The notes beneath the pieces were generated by a model, which saw nothing but the letters and a program-made list of their open reading frames with translations, did not search any database and was not told the origin of the DNA. The position numbers and the translations under genes are program-made. DNA of 64,000 bases from Octopus bimaculoides (lineage: Eukaryota). The stretch lies in the NCBI RefSeq assembly GCF_001194135.2, contig NC_068985.1, positions 7,865,390-7,929,389 on the forward strand, given 5' to 3'. Position 1 is the stretch's first letter; every line of letters begins with the position of its first letter. Positions 1 to 11,577 of the stretch are shown here, in pieces.

Positions 1-1612
1 TGAAAGTATTGTTACTAGAATAAGAATAGGATGGGGAAAGTTCAGAGAGCTACTACCTCTGTTGGTAACAAAAAGATTCTCTCTCTGAGTGAAAGGTAGA
101 TTGTATGATGCTTGTGTGAGAATAGCTATCTTACATAATAGTGAGACATGGGCTCTGACTGTAGAGGACATGTGTAGACTGGAGAGGAATGAAGGTAGTA
201 TGCTCTGTTGGATTTGCAAGCTCACTGTGCATGACCGACAAAGTTAGTCGAGAGAAAAGTTAGGCATAAGAGGAGTTAAATGTGGCGTTTAGGAGAGGAG
301 AATGCATTGGTTTGGACGTGTGATGCATATGAGTGAAGACAGCTGTATAGAGAGGTGCCTGTCACTGAAAGTGGATGTTACCAGTGGAAGAGGGAGACCC
401 AGGAAGACATAGGATGAAGTGGTGAGGACTGATCTTAGGCTGTTAGGGCTCACGGAGGAAATGACAATGGGTCAAAATGTTTGGTGACAGGAGGTTCTAG
501 AGAAGACCTGCCCACATCAGTGAAACTGAATGCTAGAAGACTAGAAGAGTTGTGTCCCTCGCTCATGTAACAACAAACTTTTCCAACCCCAAGAAACCAA
601 ACTACATCTGTTCTAAACAGCATCTTTCTCTTGCTCACATTTTCTCTTCATACACTATGATTGTCTTCCACCCCACCCCCCTTTCCTGTCCTCACTGCCC
701 TGCTCACTGTATTGCTGCTTTCACCCTGCACTATTTTTCTACCCAAGTTTTCACCATTCACTGCAATCCCCACTCCCTACTTGTACCTTCTTGGCAATAC
801 CTGACCATGTATGTTACAACCTTTGTACCTCTCTCTTCCTTACTCTACCATCACATCTATGCTCTGATCCTTGTTACTTGTGAGTATACCCTGGCATTTC
901 ACCATCTCTCTCCTACTCTCTCTCCCTTGCTTTTCCCTCTGGCTGGGTAACCACATATCTCTTCTACAACAGTACACCTATTTCTTCTCTCATTCTCGAT
1001 CACTCTCTCTCTCCTTGTTTTCCCTCTGACCAGGTAACCAAGTATCACCTTTACATCAGCACACCTGTTTCTGTTCTTTTTCCTCTACCTCTCTCTTTCA
1101 CTGGGTAACCATGTACCTCCTCTATAGCAAGACACCTATTTTCGCCTCTATTTCTCTGTTACACTTTAACCTTTCATCATCTGATACGGGTTCATCTCCT
1201 CCAATTCCTCTGTTATATCAAGACATCTGTTTCTGTCTCTCTGTCACCCTCTAACCCTTCATCCTCTGATACAAGTTCCCCTTCTCAAATGCCCCTGCCC
1301 TTTTGCAAGTTAATTAGTGACCCTTCCAGTGCTGGTGCCACATAAAAAGCATTCAGTTCACACTGTGGTTGGCATTTGGAAGGGCATCCAGCTGTAAAAA
1401 TCATGCCAAAACTAACCTCACCTGTGCTAGTGCTACGTAAAATTTACTGAGCCCACTCTGCAGAGTGGTTGGTATTAGGAAGAGCATCCAGCTGTAAAAA
1501 TCCTGCCAAAACAGACACTAGCCTAGGGTAGTTTTTCTACTTAGTTGGCTCCTATCAATTGTCCTTCCCTTGCATGCATGGAAGATGGACGTTAAACGAT
1601 GATGATGATGAT
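1..1612 (+). mobile_element. RTE-clade LINE, 3' part (end of ORF, pyrimidine-rich 3'UTR, (GAT)n tail)
   Basis: Degenerate RIRIGWGKFRELLPLL...SETWALTVEDMCRLERNE...GRGRPRKT ending near 523; tail with AGGAAGGGCATCCAGCTGTA-like motifs, then GGACGTTAAAC(GAT)n. Confidence 0.88.
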
Positions 1613-2337
1613 ATATATAAACAAACCTGTTAACGTCTAGTTTCCATGCTTAGTGTTTGAGACAAATTTTCTGTGGCTGGTTGTTGTTCTTGTTTCCACC
1701 CTTACCTTTTTCCAAGCAAGGTAATATTCTCCCGTAACCAGACATACTTTCACAGACTATGTGCAATGAATGACTGTATAACAACGGCACTTGTTTACAA
1801 CTATCTTGTGATGTAAAGACAAGGAGTCTCTCTTTCTCTCTCTTATATATAGATATATAGGAGCTTTTTTCAGTTTCTGTCTACCAAGTCACTCAAATGA
1901 TATTTAACCTGAAATAATGTACTTTTATATATATGTGTGTATGCATATATACATACACACATGTGCACAAACAAATATATCTATAAACCAATATATTTAT
2001 CTGTATGAATATACACACGCACATGCATACATGTTTATATATATACATAAAATGTGTCATCATCAATTAATGTCTGTTTTTCATGCTGGCATGTGTTGGA
2101 CTGCTTTACCAGTTTCCATTGTTTTGGCATGGTTTCTATGGCTGGATGTCCCTTTTAATGCCAGCTAATTTACAGAGTGTACCGGATGCTTTTTATAAAC
2201 TGGTTGGCATTAGGAAGGACATCCACCTGTAGAAACTGTGTGTGTATGTATATTCAACTCTGTCCACTTTTCATGTTGGGGTCATGAGAGTAGTGTCCTT
2301 GGACACCTCCTCTGTAACGTTGTATCACATATACACA

Positions 2338-2830
2338 CATCACCATCATCATCATTTAATGTCCATTTTCCATGCCAGCACAGGTTGGACAATTTGACAG
2401 GAACTAGTCAGATGGAGAACTGCCCAAACTCCAATTGTCTATTATGGTATAGTTTCTATGGCTGGATACCCTTCCTAATGCCAACCACTTTACAGAGTGT
2501 ACTGTGTTCTTTTTATGTACCACTGGCAGAGGTGTTTTATATGTGACACTGGCACAGGTGCCTCCCACGTGGCACTGGCACAGGTGCCTTTTACATGGCA
2601 GCAGCATACACATTTTCTTGCAGATTATATATGTGAGGTTGGCAGTGGTAAGAAAGTTGTTACAGTTTCTAACAGGTCTTTCTGCATGGCTTCTCTGGTG
2701 GTTCACCTGGCCTGTGTGAGACATACCTATGTGGCCCCAAACTTCACAGATGAGGTGAGGAACTGTAGGGTCAACTGAATTGTCTTTCATGCTGGTCTCT
2801 TTATGTGTGACCACCTTGTTTGCATTTCGC
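2338..2830 (-). mobile_element. LINE 3' fragment with degenerate C2H2 finger, joined to RTE-type tail
   Basis: Minus frame LICEVWGHIGMSHTGQVNHQRSH (C-x2-C...HQRSH remnant), then tail and (GAT)n. Confidence 0.55.
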
Positions 2831-2958
2831 TGGAATGTTATCACTCTATCATAGACTCTTTGTTTCAAGGTTTTCCTATCATATGTGCATATATACACAT
2901 ACATATACTCAAATATATCTATATACCTGTGTATATATACACATAAACTGTATGTGTA

Positions 2959-4227
2959 ATCATCATCATCATCTGTCCATCTTCCATGCATGCATAGGTA
3001 GGATGGTTGATAGGAGCCAGCCAGGTAGAAAAACTGGATCTATTTTAAAACGGGGGCCACAGTTTTCTTTAATGTTTTACGTAGTGTTTTTGGTACCGAA
3101 AGACTTTCAAACTTTGTATACTTATCTATTTTGTGTTATAGAACAGAAAAATATTTTTGTATTCGAATTTATTTCATGTAAAAAATTGTCTTATTTCGAT
3201 AATTTCAACCAATCACTGACAAGTATTCAGTTGTTTACATTTACTCCTTTGGCTGATTAAGCGGTGTAAAGCGTATTTAATCTCCATAACTTCTGACATT
3301 TGCAGAGAGACAATTTGCTTTTTTCATTTTCTTTTTTTTTCTTCGTTTTATTTGCTTTTTTCTTTTTAAATTTGCTGTTTTACCCTAGCCCTAACCCTAA
3401 CCGTAGGGTTAGGGTTAGGGTTAGCCTATAATAGAAAGGTTTATTAGCTACTGCCAATATGCTTCAGCCATTTTTTAACAAGGAAATAATAATTTTATCA
3501 CCGATAGAATTGTTTCAGAATCGTTTGTTTATGTAGTCGGCACTTAATGTATATCGGCTGAATGGACGTCAGTGATTGGTTGAAATTACAGAAATACAAC
3601 TTTAACATGGAATAACTTAGGGATTTCTTTTTTTTTTTAAGAAGACTAAGAGAAAAAGATGTTTAATATGACACATTCTACCAGTGTTCCAAGTTCCAAA
3701 GTGTTTCGTTAAGAAAATACTGTGGCCCCTGTTTTAAAAAAGATCCGAAAAACTACCTTAGGCTGTAGAGGAGATAGATGGTGAAGTACCAGGGTATATT
3801 CACAAGTAACAAGGATCAGAGCATAGATGTGATGGTAAAGAAAAGAGAGGTATGAAGGTCATAATATACACAGTCAGGTATTGTCAAGAAGGCGCAAGTA
3901 GGGAGTGGGGATTGCAGTGACTGGTAAAAACCTGGTTGAGGGCAAGAAGGGGGATTGGAAGACAATCATAGTTTATGAAGAGGAAATGTGAGGAAGAGAG
4001 AGATGCTGTTTAGGAGAGGAGATGTAGTTCAGTTTCTTGGAGTAGGTTGTGTGAAAAGTTTGTTGTTCCATGTGGGTGGGACACGACTCTTCTAGCACTC
4101 AGTTTTGTTGATGTGAGCAGGTCTTCTCTAGAACTTTATATTGCTAAACATCTTGGTCCATTGTCATTTCCTCCGTGAGCCCCAACATCCTAAGATCAGT
4201 CCTCACATCATCCCATGTCTTCCAGGT
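2959..4227 (-). mobile_element. Second RTE 3' end, inverted relative to 1-1612 and interrupted by a MITE
   Basis: Reverse complement matches about 400-910 and 1517-1612 of the first copy; the tail is split exactly at GAAAAACT. Confidence 0.85.
3036..3746. mobile_element. MITE with 27-bp GGATC-terminal TIRs and a perfect 8-bp TSD
   Basis: TIR ggatctattttaaaacgggggccacag / ctgtggcccctgttttaaaaaagatcc; TSD GAAAAACT at 3028-3035 and 3747-3754. Confidence 0.92.
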
Positions 4228-5112
4228 TAATCAAGACCTGCTCACCCAAAAAGGCGACTTCAGTCAGGACCTCCTTCGAGATGGCCTCTAGCCAGGTCTT
4301 CACCAAGTTCTGTGCCTTGGATTTCAGTGACCTGTGGTTCCTGCTCTCCTGGAGCTGAGTGATGGTGCTGAAGAAGTCACCATCCTCATTACTGGTTGTG
4401 CTACTGTCCTCCTCATTGATCTCCATTAGGGCTGTCTTTACGATGGTTTCCATGGTGTTCATTACTCTGCTAAACTGGTTATTATTATACTGCTCCATTT
4501 AGAACAGGCGAAACTTTGAGTGGAAGGCAGCAGCCAGCTGGTACTCCAGGTCTTCTAGGAGGAGCCCAAACCTTTTCATGATGCCTGCCAGCATTGCATC
4601 TACCAGAAGACTGCAGTACAGGAGATGTTTGAACTTGGCCTCCTTCAACTTCATGACGGTGGCCACTACAGTTGGCTGAAGGCTCCTGAGATAGGCTTGG
4701 TCCTTCCCCTAGATTTTATTCAAGGCCTTGGCAACATTAGACATCCCCTGGGCATACTCTGTCAGGAAGCCGACATCAGAATCAGTGAAGATCTGCAACT
4801 TCAGCTGTGTCATCACCCTGTGGACAGCTCCCCTATTCTTCTCCATAGGTCATAGGTAGAGTTCCATCTGTACCAAACTGCCTAAATGCCGTAACAAAGT
4901 TTTTGCCATTGTCCATCGTAGTCCTGGTCACCTTGTTGTGTGCGAGAACATCAAAGGTGTGGTGTCCTCTGAGTTGAGAGCAGGCCAGGATGGCATGTTG
5001 TCTCATGCAGGTCTTGGGATCTAGCCAGTGTGCCATCATCCCCAGGTAGGACCTGTATGAGCTGACCAGCAGTCTGCAGTAGTTGCCATCCAGGGGACAT
5101 CCTTGAGCAATC
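4228..5112 (-). pseudogene. hAT (ZBED-type) transposase remnant
   Basis: ATTADCWSAH..SYLGMMAHWLDP...ILACSQLRGHHTFDVLA...TTMDNGKNFVTAF...FLTEYAQGMSNVAKALNKI*GE...AAAFHSKF; stops and frameshifts. Confidence 0.8.
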
Positions 5113-5889
5113 TGTAATTAAAAAATGTTAAATTGTAAAGAGACATAAGGTGTAAAGTTAAAAACTGAAAATTATATACATTTAATAATCAAGGTGGTTA
5201 GCAGCAATTTAAAATCAACAAGGAGTGACAAGGGTACAGTGAGCACCAGCATTGCTAGAAATAGGAGTTGTAGACTCTTTAGTCACAAAAGCACATGGTC
5301 TCTTTGTATTGACAGAGGAGAAAACCCTCCCCACTGTGAGTGAGGTGCATTAGATTAGCATGGTAATTTCGTATAGGAAATCAGTACTCATCAGTAATGC
5401 TCACTCCGTCACAGCTGGTAGAGGCCAACTCACCCTGTCAATATCATGGAGAATGCCATTGGAATCAGTAATTTATTTCACAAAACGGCAATGTGAAAAT
5501 TATAAAATAATCAAGGTGGCTAGCAGCAATTTAAAACCAACAAGGAAATAATTCACCATCAATATATATAAGCTGATACAGAATATGATCAAGGCCGACT
5601 AAAAATCTGCATCTCCACACAAGCTGCAATGGTATTTGTGAACGTATGGTTTGTACAATTTTTTGCAGGTAAGAAGGAGGTAGGACATTTGATTGCAGTA
5701 TCTCATAAACTATATTTTATTTAAAGAAATCACACAGATTGTAGTTTAACATTTGTTACCAGGCTATTCTAAATTCATGGAAATATTAACACTACCTTGA
5801 TAGGTGACATGTTGTGGGGGATGAATAACCGAGATGAGGGATGGAATGATGGTTGGAATTTGATAAGTTCAGAACTTAAAGTTCGTTTA

Positions 5890-6480
5890 TTCGTTATATC
5901 ATTAAAAACTGCTGTTTTGGCTGTGCATCTGATTTTACAGAAGGAGCTCATAATGCACAATGCTCTTTGAATTCCAGCAGATATGGAGCATCACATCACC
6001 TTCTTTGCATACTGGCTGACTTTTGAAGTGGCTAAAGCTAGTTACCTTCATTTTCTCCATGACCTTTTTTCACTCCACATTGCTCTTAACAATCAATTAT
6101 TCATTACCTGTGATTGTTCTTTTCATTGTGTTTGAGTAAAGAGTTGCAAAAGGAAATATGCTTCATTAGATTTTGTTTCTTAAATTGAGGCATCCATGTG
6201 GAGTATTTCTGCAATTTATCATGTTGTGTGACTTGATTATTTTTGAAAAGTGCTTGAATTTGGATATCATAAACCACTTACAGTCCTCTCAGTACCATCT
6301 CCATAAACTTCACATATCTTTTTTGTTGTACGGCATCTTTTCCCCTTTCCGGAAATAAAAGAGCATCAAATGATGAAGGTCTATCTCATTTTTCTCCATT
6401 TTCACTTTGAATGTAAAAACAGTAGAAATAAACTTTCCATACAATAATCATATTGAAAGATGTGTTGAAATGTCACCTTT
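5890..6480 (-). pseudogene. mariner transposase remnant (5' half)
   Basis: ATG at 6399 (minus): MEKNEIDLHHLMLFYFRKG..ICEVYGDG..; W(M)P...NLMKHISFCNSLLKHNE; ITGNE; MLHICWNSKSIVHYELL. Confidence 0.8.
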
Positions 6481-6556
6481 CAGAAAATGTATACATACCA
6501 TATGCTTCTGTCATGTGAGAGATGAAATCCCATGTTTAAATGGGGTAACACTACTC

Positions 6557-6568
6557 TCTCTCTCTCTT

Positions 6569-6633
<65 letters not shown>

Positions 6634-6948
6634 NNNNNNNNNNNNNNNNNNNNNNNNNNNNNNNNNNNNNNNNNNNNNNNNNNNNNNNNNNNNNNNNNNN
6701 NNNNNNNNNNNNNNNNNNNNNNNNNNNNNNNNNNNNNNNNNNNNNNNNNNNNNNNNNNNNNNNNNNNNNNNNNNNNNNNNNNNNNNNNNNNNNNNNNNNN
6801 NNNNNNNNNNNNNNNNNNNNNNNNNNNNNNNNNNNNNNNNNNNNNNNNNNNNNNNNNNNNNNNNNNNNNNNNNNNNNNNNNNNNNNNNNNNNNNNNNNNN
6901 NNNNNNNNNNNNNNNNNNNNNNNNNNNNNNNNNNNNNNNNNNNNNNNA
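6557..6948. repeat. (TC)n microsatellite followed by assembly gap 6634-6948
   Basis: Direct reading. Confidence 0.97.
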
Positions 6949-7196
6949 AAGCCAGCAGTCGCCCATGCATACAGCCTCCCCTCTCCACGCCACCAGTGTA
7001 TTCCAAGGGAAAGGCAAAGGCTGATACAGCTTGGCACCAGTGATGTTACAACTCATTTCTATAGCTGAGTGAACTGGAGCAATGTGAAATAAAGTGTCTT
7101 GCTCAAGAACACAACACGCAGCCCAGTCCGGGATTTGAACTCACAACCTCACGGTTGTAAGTTCGACACTCTAACCACTGAGCCATGTACCTTCAC
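6949..7196 (-). mobile_element. tRNA-derived SINE with CORE-like segment
   Basis: Minus strand: TGGCTCAGTGG (A box), GTTCAAATCC (B box), then GTGTTCTTGAGCAAGACACTT. Confidence 0.8.
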
Positions 7197-7244
7197 ATAT
7201 GCATTATACTTGGGTGTATGTGGTGTGTGTGTGTATATAATATA

Positions 7245-7600
7245 TGCGAGAATTGAGATGTGTAGATGTGGGCTGTGTACAAGAAATAAGATGGGGAACT
7301 CCAGCCAAATTTCTCAAGTAAAGAACATTGGTATAAAATCTGGGAAGACAATAGTGATAGTGTTGGTGTTGTAGGCATACTTTCTGTAGCGAAGTGGGTG
7401 GGTAAAGTGATAGAAGTTGTCAGTGTGCCATTAGATACTTTGTCAGATTGACTGTTCTCATCAGAACGTCCTTTCCAGGTGAAAAATGTACTACTCAACT
7501 CAGGTTAGTTGTTGATTACTTCAGACTTAGAGCTAGAAGGCCTCAGAGACACATGCCTGTCTGGGAAAGGAAGATATGAAAGCTTAAAGATCCATTGAGC
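7245..7600 (+). mobile_element. RTE LINE endonuclease-region fragments
   Basis: RCVDVGCVQEIRW motif followed by degenerate linker sequence. Confidence 0.65.
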
Positions 7601-8327
7601 AGTCAGAAATTAATATCCTTCACAATTATGGATTCATTGCAATGAGATATTGTCTTGGTATATAGCAGTTTAAATTATCAGAATATTTGGGCAAAATTTC
7701 ATCTTTGCTTAGTCTGAGATTCCTATTAGAAAGTAATTATTTCATATTTGATGACTCAGCATGCTGACAAATTTTAGGGACTGCAATGAGTATCATAGTC
7801 TCCTCCCCCATACCAGTTTGAGATTTGATTCAAGTGACTCTTAATTGCTGATCTGGTCAAAATGTGCATTAGTTTATAGAAACAGGGTTTGTTGTATAAA
7901 AGTAGTAGTATTAGAGTGGCTGGAAGATTAAGGAAAGCAAAAGTGTGCAACAAAGAAAGAGAATGGGGAGCCATGAAGAAATGTAAACGAATTTCAACTG
8001 GTTTCAACATTGAAGTATTTTACATCAACTGTTTCAGTACACATTTTCAGCCTGATTCTGGTTCTCATGCAAGCATGTAAAGTGGCTATGTTAACTCTTA
8101 GTATCCCGTATGATGCAAATCTACCTCTCAGTGCATGTATTCGTCAGCCTGTTACCACTTGAAACTGTCTGAATCAGTTTTATGTTATGTTTTATTGAGT
8201 GTCACAGTACAGTGTTTGTAGTAAGGTTTGAATTTTTGAGTTCTGGGTCGTTGTTTTGACACTAGATACATGTTGTCTTCTTGACATTTGATTTTTTAAA
8301 ATTTAAATGCCATTTCAACTTGCAGTA

Positions 8328-9562
8328 TGAGGTGCATCAGTTTGTTTTTTTGTTTTGAGGTCATTTGTATGAATTTAGAAAAAGACGCATAGCCCATCAA
8401 AGAAAAGCGGTATTTGTAAACAAATGGTACAAATAATGTTGAGAATCCTTTTATCCCACCTCTTCAATGAATCCTCTGTTAGCATCAATGGCTGCTTCAA
8501 TATGGGGTTGGAAGTGTTGTCATGCCAAAATCCTGATCCCTATCAATTTTGCATATAGTGCTGGTTATGGTAGGCTTGAAAGATTGTATGGTGTTATGGG
8601 GGTGTTGATTGATCTCGACTACACCCATCCGTATTTGTCCAGTAGATTGAGGTCTGGTGAACTTGGAGGCCAAATGACAAAGAACTTGATCATGGAAATT
8701 GGTACACACTCATGCTTGAGTTGTTCTAACTTTATGGGGTGGTACAGAGTCTTGTTGGAAGACATATTGTCTTCCATTGCATACTAATTCTATCCAGGGC
8801 TTCACAACTTTTCTCCAACACCTCCGTAGACAGCAGCATTGACTTTAAGCATTGTGATAAAAAGGGAGGAGGCATGATATCTCTCTAGTTGCTGATGCCT
8901 CCCAGAACTATCACAATTGCTGGGAACTTAATAAGCATGACTGTTGGAATCTCATTCGAGTCTATGTGCAACCATCTGTTGTCCCTTCAGTTTACCTTTT
9001 GGCCCTGATTGAAGTTTTTCTCATTGAGAAGAACCAAAGCATTTCAGCCACTTGGTGTTTTAACTTGTTTAGCCAAAACTTTACATGGATTGAACAATTC
9101 TCTCATCACATCCAACATCAACTGACACCTGTATCACACACAACTTCTTTTGGATGTCCTCATGCACAACTCTTCTGATGGAGCATTCTGAAACCTTGAG
9201 GTCCTTTGCAATGGCTCTGATTGACTTACCGGAGTTTTTAACGATAATATCTTGGAATTTTTGTAGAGTTACGTGTTCTGATAGTTTTAGGATCCCATGC
9301 ACACTGTTTGCATTTAGCTGCTGGTGTTGGATTCCCATCAGCAACTTCCAGCTCCTTTCAGACTTTGATAACAAAGGATAAAGCAACTTTCAGGAGGTGA
9401 GCTATCTCTGTATCACTGTGCTTCACTTTTAAGGCAATGTTTATCATGCTTTTTTATTTGCTGGGTTGTCTGACATTATTTATCTGGGAAGTGAGTTTAA
9501 AAAAACAAAAGTTAGAAAGTTAGAGCTCTTGAAAAAAGTGACCAAAAAACTGATGCATCCTG
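8328..9562 (-). mobile_element. Tc1/mariner (maT/DD37D-like) transposon, near full length, decayed
   Basis: KSIRAIAKDLKVSECSIRRVVHEDI; YVFQQDSVPPHK; WPPSSPDLN; HIEAAIDANRGFIE; TA-flanked degenerate TIRs (caggatgcatcagttttt / tgaggtgcatcagtttg). Confidence 0.85.
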
Positions 9563-11092
9563 TAGGTATTCCATGCAGTTTGTAGATTTGATATCTAGTA
9601 TGGAATTTAAGTCCTCAATCTTAGGTTGGCATTCTTTGTTTAACTTTGGCAATGTAAGAGTACATTCTTTAAATACCTGTTGAGTAAACGATATTCTTTT
9701 GTTTGTTTTTCTTCTGATATCTTAGTGTAATTTATCATAATTTATTGAATTATCTTTCTTATTTTTTTTTTTTTGTTAATATCTTGATCTAATGAATAGA
9801 TCAGAGAAATTTTGACATTGACTCTTCAGTCTCAGAACTGAGTTTTGTCAAAATGCCCATTATCATCACACTTTTGATATTTTTTCTTTGTTGGCATTGG
9901 TTTGCAATAAACATTTCTCAACACTTGTCATGTTTTCTCAAAGCTTTATATTACATGTTGATCACTTGCTTCTAAGTTTATCATGGCTTATCTCTATCGC
10001 AGCTACTGTCCGCTATGGATTCATGGAGATTTTTTTTTCTCTCCCAGCATGCATCCATCAGCTTATTTAATGATAACCACGCTCAACGTACTAATGCTAA
10101 ATGAAATTAATGTCATATACCTTTTGCCAATGTATACGATGCCCTGTTGCATAAGACATACAAAATGTTTCAGCTTATGTTCAACACCTCATCCATAAAA
10201 TGCTTGCATTAGGTATGTAGCAATTTTTTTGTTACACATAAGAGAAAAAAAAAGAGCATGTCTTATACACAAGCATATGGTAGTTTATGGATTCCATTCT
10301 AGTTAGGCTTTTGTTATCTGCATTTCCCTCCATGCAACCTTACACGTTTTAAGTATGCTACATATAGTCTTCTTTTGTAAATGCAACAAAAACTATTATG
10401 CAGATTGGTTATAGATTCGTATTTTCCAAGTATTTCCTGAAAAAAAAAAAAAAAATCTTTCAAGCGCAAAGCCCATTTTGAAGTGACTAGTTAAATAACA
10501 CGTCCCTAGTGTAATATGTTAGTGATGTTGATTCTGGTAGGAATTTTAAACACAACTAAATAAATAAGTGTTTATTCTGGTACTCAATGATTTGCATCTA
10601 TTCTCCCACACCCTAATTTATGAAAATGTATCTATAAGACTATAAAACCAATCTTTATCACAGTACCCTCTCTCTCCCTCCATTATTTTGGTATTTTGAA
10701 ATATTTCTTTATCTCTTACTTTCTCTGTGAATTTTCCTAACATTGTATTTTTAATCATGGAAATATGCATTTGGATTCTTTTTCTTTTTTTTAAGCAGTA
10801 ACCCTCATTAGAGACTGGAGGATTTGTTATCAGTTGATAAAACATGGATTAATTAAGATGTAACAGAGACTGATAGTTCTCTCAAATATTCATGTACATA
10901 GAGATTAGTGGGAATTGCTACTTTGTACTAGTGTACTATGATATTAAGTCAAGTTTAATATTGTTGATGTTTGTTAGTTATTGATTTTATTGGGTTTCTT
11001 TGAGGCTGGGTTTTTGTTTATATTAACAATGGCTTGTGCTTTGTTAGCAAAGCTATGCACTGAATTATAAGAACTCCCTTTATTCCATGTGT

Positions 11093-11134
<42 letters not shown>

Positions 11135-11135
<1 letters not shown>

Positions 11136-11295
11136 GCAGGCATTACTGTGTGGCTGTGAAGCTTGCTTCCTCGCCATGTGGTCTTGGATTCAGTCCCACT
11201 GTGTGGCACCTTCTGCAAATGTTTTCTAGTATAGCCTTGGGCCAACCAAAGCTTCGTAAGTGAATGTGGTAGATGAAAACTGAAAGAAACCCGTG
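11135..11295 (+). mobile_element. tRNA/CORE-type SINE head (abundant family)
   Basis: GGATTCAGTCCCACTGTGTGGCACC...GGTAGATGAAAACTGAAAGAA; same family as the copies at 25.2, 37.7, 44.1, 46.9, 54.7 and 55.4 kb. Confidence 0.75.
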
Positions 11296-11577
11296 CCCAG
11301 CATGGAGAACAGATGTGTAATGGTGGTGGTGTAGTGTGTGTGTGTGTGTGTGTCTTTTCTGGACATCACATTATGGCTGTAAATGAGCATTATTGTCATA
11401 CAAGTGATGTTGTGTATCCAGTTACTTGTGAAATATACGTCTAGCTATCAGAAAATATTACCTTACTTGTAAACAGTTGAGGGTTGGCAACAGGATGGAA
11501 TCTGGCCATTTTAAATCTGCCTCAACAAATTTCATCTACAAGCATAGAGAATGGAAAAAGATATTTTATCTTATAAC

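Noticed and set aside
3382-3425. True telomere or chromosome-fusion site
   Set aside because: Only a few units, wrong polarity for a fusion, and embedded in a MITE.
4228-5112. Functional domesticated ZBED gene
   Set aside because: Several stops and frameshifts, and truncated by an RTE insertion.
6407-7068. Long ORFs with X runs (also 22206-22904 and 38533-39341)
   Set aside because: Artefacts of N-gaps and microsatellites.
7100-7196. tRNA genes (also other SINE heads)
   Set aside because: A/B boxes are present, but there is no complete cloverleaf and each continues into a SINE body.
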